Both the position numbers and the translations under genes were made by a program. This document shows, piece by piece, positions 58,236 through 64,000 of a stretch of DNA of 64,000 bases (within the stretch, counting starts at the first letter, position 1; each line of letters starts with the position of its first letter). A model generated the notes under the pieces. The model made no database searches. It was not told the origin of the DNA and was given only the letters and a program-made list of their open reading frames with translations. Origin of the DNA: the human T2T-CHM13v2.0 reference genome, Homo sapiens. The stretch lies in the NCBI RefSeq assembly GCF_009914755.1, contig NC_060934.1; one strand, given 5' to 3'.

Positions 58236-61200
58236 CAGAATAGCAATGTACTCAACTAAAATCACATTTTACACATCTATTTGCAAGTAGAGATGACAAG
58301 AGCACCTTCCCAAGAAGACTGTAGCAGATGCTGATGGTGGCTGCCCATATCTCCTCATACTAATCATGTCAGTGCACTGGCCTTTTCTCAACTGCCAGAA
58401 TCCATGTGTTTTTGCCCCAAGGATTCCTCTGGTCCCTTGAGCCCACTTTGCTACATGTATGACAGGCTAGAAATGCCAATAAATTAATGTTCTCTGATGA
58501 CTGGCACGGTTGGTATGTAAATACCCCAGCTCCCTCCCCACTGTATAGAATAACACTGAGGCAGGTGTTTTCCACCAGCTCCCAGAGTTTCCCAGTGCGA
58601 TTCAACTCCTGTTACCCTCAGGGATAACATACCTGACATAAAAGCTTTCATCAGCTGGCTTCCCTTCTTGGTTGTAAAACAGGGAAAATAATATCCATAC
58701 TGCCTGTCTGACAAGGTTTTTATATGAGCAGAAGACGCTGTCCAAATGCTTGGTAAATGCTAAACTGTAGAATCAATTACAGTGGTGTTATTATGAAACT
58801 ATGAGGTCTGTTAGGTACCTGAAGATCATCTGGTCAACCCCCATACCCTTAAGAAGAAGAAAGGGGACAGACTTGAGGTCTTCAGTGAGTTGAAGCAGAG
58901 CAGAAGCATAAACTCAGGGTCCTAATTCTTGGTCTCCTGGGCTTTAACTCCATCATGATGTTTATTATCAGATTCTCTCTTAAATGATTTTGATCTTCCT
59001 GAAACCTCTATTTACTCATATGAAACATGGAAAGAATTACCTGACACCCACATTGTCACTACATAAAGTATTTGGAGAGTCTTCACACTCCGAGAGGAGC
59101 CCAGCCCCTCTCTTTACAGGTGGGACTCATGAACAAGTTCAGTTGTAAAGTACAGACACGAGGCCCTTCATTTATTGGACAAGCACTTATAATGTGTTTT
59201 CTCTATGTCAAACACTGCTCTAAGTTCTTTACAAGTATAAGTTCATTTAATTCTCATTACATCTCTATCAAGTATACTATCATTCTCATTTTATAGACAA
59301 GGAAACTGAGGCATAGAGAGGTTGAGTAGCTTCTCCAAATCACGGAACATAGCAATGGACCCAGGAAGTCTGACTCTATGCTAGTACATACTATGTTATA
59401 TTGAATCACCTTCCTTTTTCTTATATTTTCTCTGCCTCCAAACTCCCTCCCCTCATCTTCACCCTTGGACCAATTACCTAATGTCCAAATCATAATAGCT
59501 CTCAATCAAGATGTTTTACATTTCACAAAACAATTTAATGAAAACTGACTTAAACAGTTAGGACATTTTTAGTTTCCCATAATGAGAAAGTGCAGAGGAA
59601 GTATGGAATTCAAGCACAGTTTGGTCCAGAGTTTGCCAAGTCATCCTGACTGCTGCTCTGTATCTCTGTGACTTTCAGTTTTGCCCTTGTCCTGTGTCAT
59701 CTTCATTGCAAGGCTAGCTTCCCTCAAGGAAGCAAAATGCTCTCCCATCCCCATGGCCCTGCCAAGAGAAAGAGAGGGATCCTTTGACCCAGTTTCCCTC
59801 TTAGGCTCCCTCTGCCTCTGAACCATGACTGGGCCATTGCTGGGGTCAAGAGTGTGTCTGCTGTCCACGAGTTACATGGGTACCCAGGGCAATTGAGACA
59901 TGGAGGGGTGGGGGGCATTAAATGGAAACTGTTGGCCACACCAGCCTGTAGGACCCAGCCAAGACACCATCTTCTCCATGAGATCTCCCTCTGTCTCTTT
60001 CTCTTCCTGCTTTGGGAGAATGGCTCTCTTCTCTGAATCCCATGCTCTTGCTCTGCCTTGCCCTGACAGCACTGGCCACTTAATATCCTCATATTATACT
60101 CCTTCTGGATTATCTCCACTTGCCCCTCCAGAGTCCCTCTCCACTCTCTTCCACCATTTGTTGCCGTGAGGGTCCTCAACAGATGGGCCATTTCTCTAGT
60201 TAACCTGCTCCAATCAGACTTTTGCTCCACACCACTCACCAAATGGCTCTCGCCAAAGCCGCAATTGTCCTTACCCTACCAAATCCATCTCACCCTTCCT
60301 CTTGGCAGCATGTGAGGTGGCTGCCCCCCACCCACCCAAACCTTGTCTCTACTGCTAGACGCCACACACTCCTGGTTTTTCACATGCTCCTCTGAATGCT
60401 TCTTGTTAATCTCCTCTGCTGGCTTCTTCCCATCCTACCCCACCCCAGCCCCCCTGCTCCCTCCATGCTGTGCCATGGTCTGGACAAGTAACCATATATC
60501 TTGACTAAGGCCACTACCCCTATAGTGTAGGTTTATCTCATGACTTCAGCTTTCATCAAAATTGGGTAATACTTCTCCCTCCTTTCATCCCTGCAAGCCT
60601 AGAGGAGGTGAAGTCTTCCCACTCTTGCTACACCACCATCCCACCACCATTTCTTGCTGCTCCTTTAACCCTGCCTCCACCTCTGCAGACAGACCCTGCA
60701 ATAACTCTCTTCAATAAATCCTTTGAGCATGCTGTTTCCTGCTGGGACCCTGACTGACACATTATTTCTGTACAGATTTATCTGCCATATTAGTTTATAA
60801 GGTCCCTAAGAGCAAAGTCTATGTTTAATTCTTTTTTCAAAATTCCCAACTGTGCCTGTTATGCAAGTGGTACCAATAAATGCTGAAAGGAAATATTCTT
60901 TCTTATTAACTGCCTTCAACTTAAATAGAAGGTGAAAGGAATGAAAACGTTTTAAAAATATATACATCTCTTGGAACAATAAACGTTTAGAAGTTGAGTT
61001 CAGAAGAATAAAAAACTTTAGAAGAATAAAACACGATGCTAAGTGGGATGTGTGGTCTGATTTCATGGGCTTTACCTGATTCTTCAAATTCATGATTCAT
61101 ACAGAATCCATATGGAATATGTTCTTTCTTCTCCAGGTCCCAGAAATGAAATAGGGTTGCTTCTGTTATGATAGCAGTTGAAGTGCCAAAAAAAAAAAAA

Positions 61201-62944
61201 AAAAAATTGGGCTGCTCCTAGATCCAGAGCAGCAGGGAAGCTCTATCACTGACCAACAGGAGTTCTAGGAAACATAGGGTTCCAGGGTTACACCACACCC
61301 TACAGATGTGATGGGCTGGTGGGAAAGAGGCCACTGCACAGGACCATCAATTTGGGGGTTTCCTTCCTACTCCACTTTTTCTTCGACTGCACTGCCACCC
61401 CTTCCTTACCAACACTGACCCTTTTGGCCCAGTGCCAAGCAAGTTGGACCTACTAAGATTCAGGGCCATAATGGGAAAGAAAGGAAAGAAAAAAGAGGAA
61501 GAACTCATCATCCCTCCCTCTGCCCCAGTGGTGGTCTCATTGGCTGACTCCCAGTCCGAAATCTTTGGGCCATCCTCTATCACCTGTATACATTCCCTAA
61601 TCCCCAGAAACTGGACCCAGGTGTTCTCTTTAAATAAGGAAGATTCTGACTTCAATCTTCTGTGGATCTCGAAGTCCTCTTTTGGCATCTACATCTGCTT
61701 TTGCTCTAACAAATGAATCTAAATACAAAAATAGACACTGGTATGTGTGTGTATTGGGGGAAGCAGGTAGAGTTAATTACCTTTATTCCGTTTCTCATGT
61801 TTTTAAAATGTTTAGAGAACTTTAAAAGGACTTTGCTCCATCAACTGGACAACCATGTGGATGGCCAAACACTTTAGCCCCTCAGTTCCTTGACCTCCTC
61901 GTCACCAATGACCTTCTACGCTACATAGCTAAGCTACCTGCGCCTTGCAATTTCTCTATTTTAAGATCGATCAAGCATATTCTCTCCAAGCACTACTTCC
62001 TATCCTTCAGTCAGCTTGTACCATCTGTCTTTGACGGCACATCTCACCAGGAATCACTACCCAGGATGCCCGTCCCCAAGAATCTCCTCCTATCTCCTTT
62101 ATCTCTTTATCTCCTTAGTTATTTCCTCCTTATGACCCTCTGATTCCATGAGTCAACATTTTGAGCATTCTTCAGCAAGTATGCTAAACTCCCTTGCTGC
62201 CTTCCTTCTGTGGCATTTTCCTAGCAAAAATGCTAAGCTGAAATGAACCCCAGGCCCTGGCTCCCCCATGCCTGCTCCTGAACAGCTGAAGGCCACTGGA
62301 GGAAATCACACATCAGGACTCTTGCCAAATTTACGGTCACCAACCTCAATGGACCCACACTATTTCCAGCATTGAGAAATACTTGCAAAGTAAGGAAATA
62401 CAGTATCTAAGGAAGGAACTCTGGGGACTCCAAAAAGTAAAGATTGCATGCTGGTAGAAAACCCAGCAAACAAAACAAAGAAATAGATCAGTATAGTGAG
62501 AACCAAGTGAGAGAGTAACTTGGAAGCAAAGAGAAGAGAAAATTTCAGCAAGGGTTGGCTCGCTGCCATTGCCTCTTCTGAGCAAAGTTCTTTGTGTCAG
62601 GCCTCTCCCTGGGTCAAAAGCCAGCCAATAGAGGGGCAGTCCTAGGGTAAGGTGCTCACCCTGATCCCATCAGTAGTTATTCTTGTGCAAAGTTCAACCC
62701 AGCTTATTTCCTTTTGCAGGCAGTTGAGAGAGTGGCAGTTTCAGCTGCTAATGGACACTGATCTCAGCAGACATACTGAAAGAACGAGGAAGGGTCCAGA
62801 ATCTTGAGGTCTTGGAGAGGCTGAAGTGAAGAAATGTAAAGCATAGAAGGAAGGGAGATTGCAGTTGGAAAGTGGAGCACCCCAGTCAAAGTTATCGAAG
62901 TTCATGCAAGAATGGGTAGTTCCAAGGTCCAGAGTGTAATCATA

Positions 62945-63180
62945 AGAATTGAACAATGAGAACACTTGGACACAGGGTGGGGAACATCACACACCAGGGC
63001 CTGTCGTGGGGTGGGGGGAGGGGGGAGGGATAGCATTAGGAGAAATACCTAATGTAAATGATGAGTTAACAGGTGCAGCACACCAACATGGCACATGCAT
63101 ACATATGTAACAAAACTGCACATTGTGCACATGTACCCTAGAACTTAAAGTATAAAAAAATGAAATTAAATTTAAAAAGT
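62945..63180 (+). mobile_element. L1PA 3'UTR fragment
   Basis: gaattgaacaatgagaacacttggacacagg...G-tract...ccctagaacttaaagtataa. Confidence 0.93.
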
Positions 63181-64000
63181 GAGGTACAACAGTGAAGTAG
63201 GAGGGATTACCAATGGAGTATTAAAGTTAGTTTTCTCTGGATCTCCCTGGTCAAATTATGAGCTCTCAAAAAACACTAATCTTTCCATTTTTCTATTATC
63301 TATAACATCTGGCATATAGTAGGCACACTGTAAATAAATAAAGAATGGATAGGCATTTAAGCTAGCTACTGGGGATACACTGGTCAGAAGAAACAGACAC
63401 AGTACTAATGGATTATACAGTCTTGTGGAGGAAGAGACAGACATTAACCAAATAATCAGACAAATGCATCTAAAATTACAAATGGCAAAATGTGTACTGA
63501 GGTTAACATTGCACCATGATAATGTGTCATAAAGAATCTGGCCTTGTCTGGGGAGAGAAGGAATCACTGAGAAGTGATGTTGGAGTGAGAGCTGAAGGAT
63601 GTGTAGTAGTTAGCCAGTGGAAGAAACAGGAGAAGAGTGGGCCAGAGAGAGGGAGCAGCATGTACAAAGGCCAAGGTGCTTAGCGTGCAGAGACCAGGAG
63701 TAAGAGTTCTTGGAAACAATCTTGAGGGGAGGCAGGGGACGATGGAGGGAGAGAGGGATGATAATGTCTGTAACAGTCATGGTCCATCTTCTTGGCTAGC
63801 AGAACCCCAATTTTGTTCAGACGGCAAGGGAAATTATCATGATTGATGCAAGCCAATGAAATCTCATTTCCTCTTGGCCAATGACTGGTCTTCTTGAGGT
63901 AATAGCTGACCAATCCAATCAGATGTAAGAGAAAGTCTTATTCAGGCCTTGTAGGAGGAATTTTTCTCCCTGAAGTGAAAAGCACATAAGGAGAATGCTC

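Overview
Human-type (primate) genomic DNA covering the coding part of CASP7 (caspase-7) on the + strand. Six GT-AG coding exons (13357-13466, 36889-37025, 37508-37636, 41223-41398, 42166-42295, 45172-45401) join to 912 nt = 303 aa + stop, with the SHG and QACRG catalytic motifs. The 3'UTR runs to an ATTAAA signal at 46739. The main promoter/first exon appears to lie upstream of the window, and no second protein-coding gene is visible. The rest is mostly transposon-derived: nested L1s, about 20 Alus, a near full-length Tigger1, and MER41/MER50/THE1/MLT LTRs. The most notable signals are: (1) alternative CASP7 coding exons built from transposon sequence (a 33-codon N-terminal exon on the antisense strand of an L1 5'UTR, and a 74-nt antisense-Alu exon giving a frameshifted, catalytically dead isoform), plus an intron-internal alternative first exon; (2) a MER41 LTR with an intact GAS motif 1.6 kb upstream of the start codon; (3) a retroposed 28S rRNA 3' end with a composite A-rich tail and TSDs inside Tigger1; (4) several templated-insertion, palindrome and tandem-duplication scars. 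Repeat subfamily names and isoform identities are from recall of consensus sequences, not from a database run. Repeat boundaries are approximate unless a TSD is quoted.
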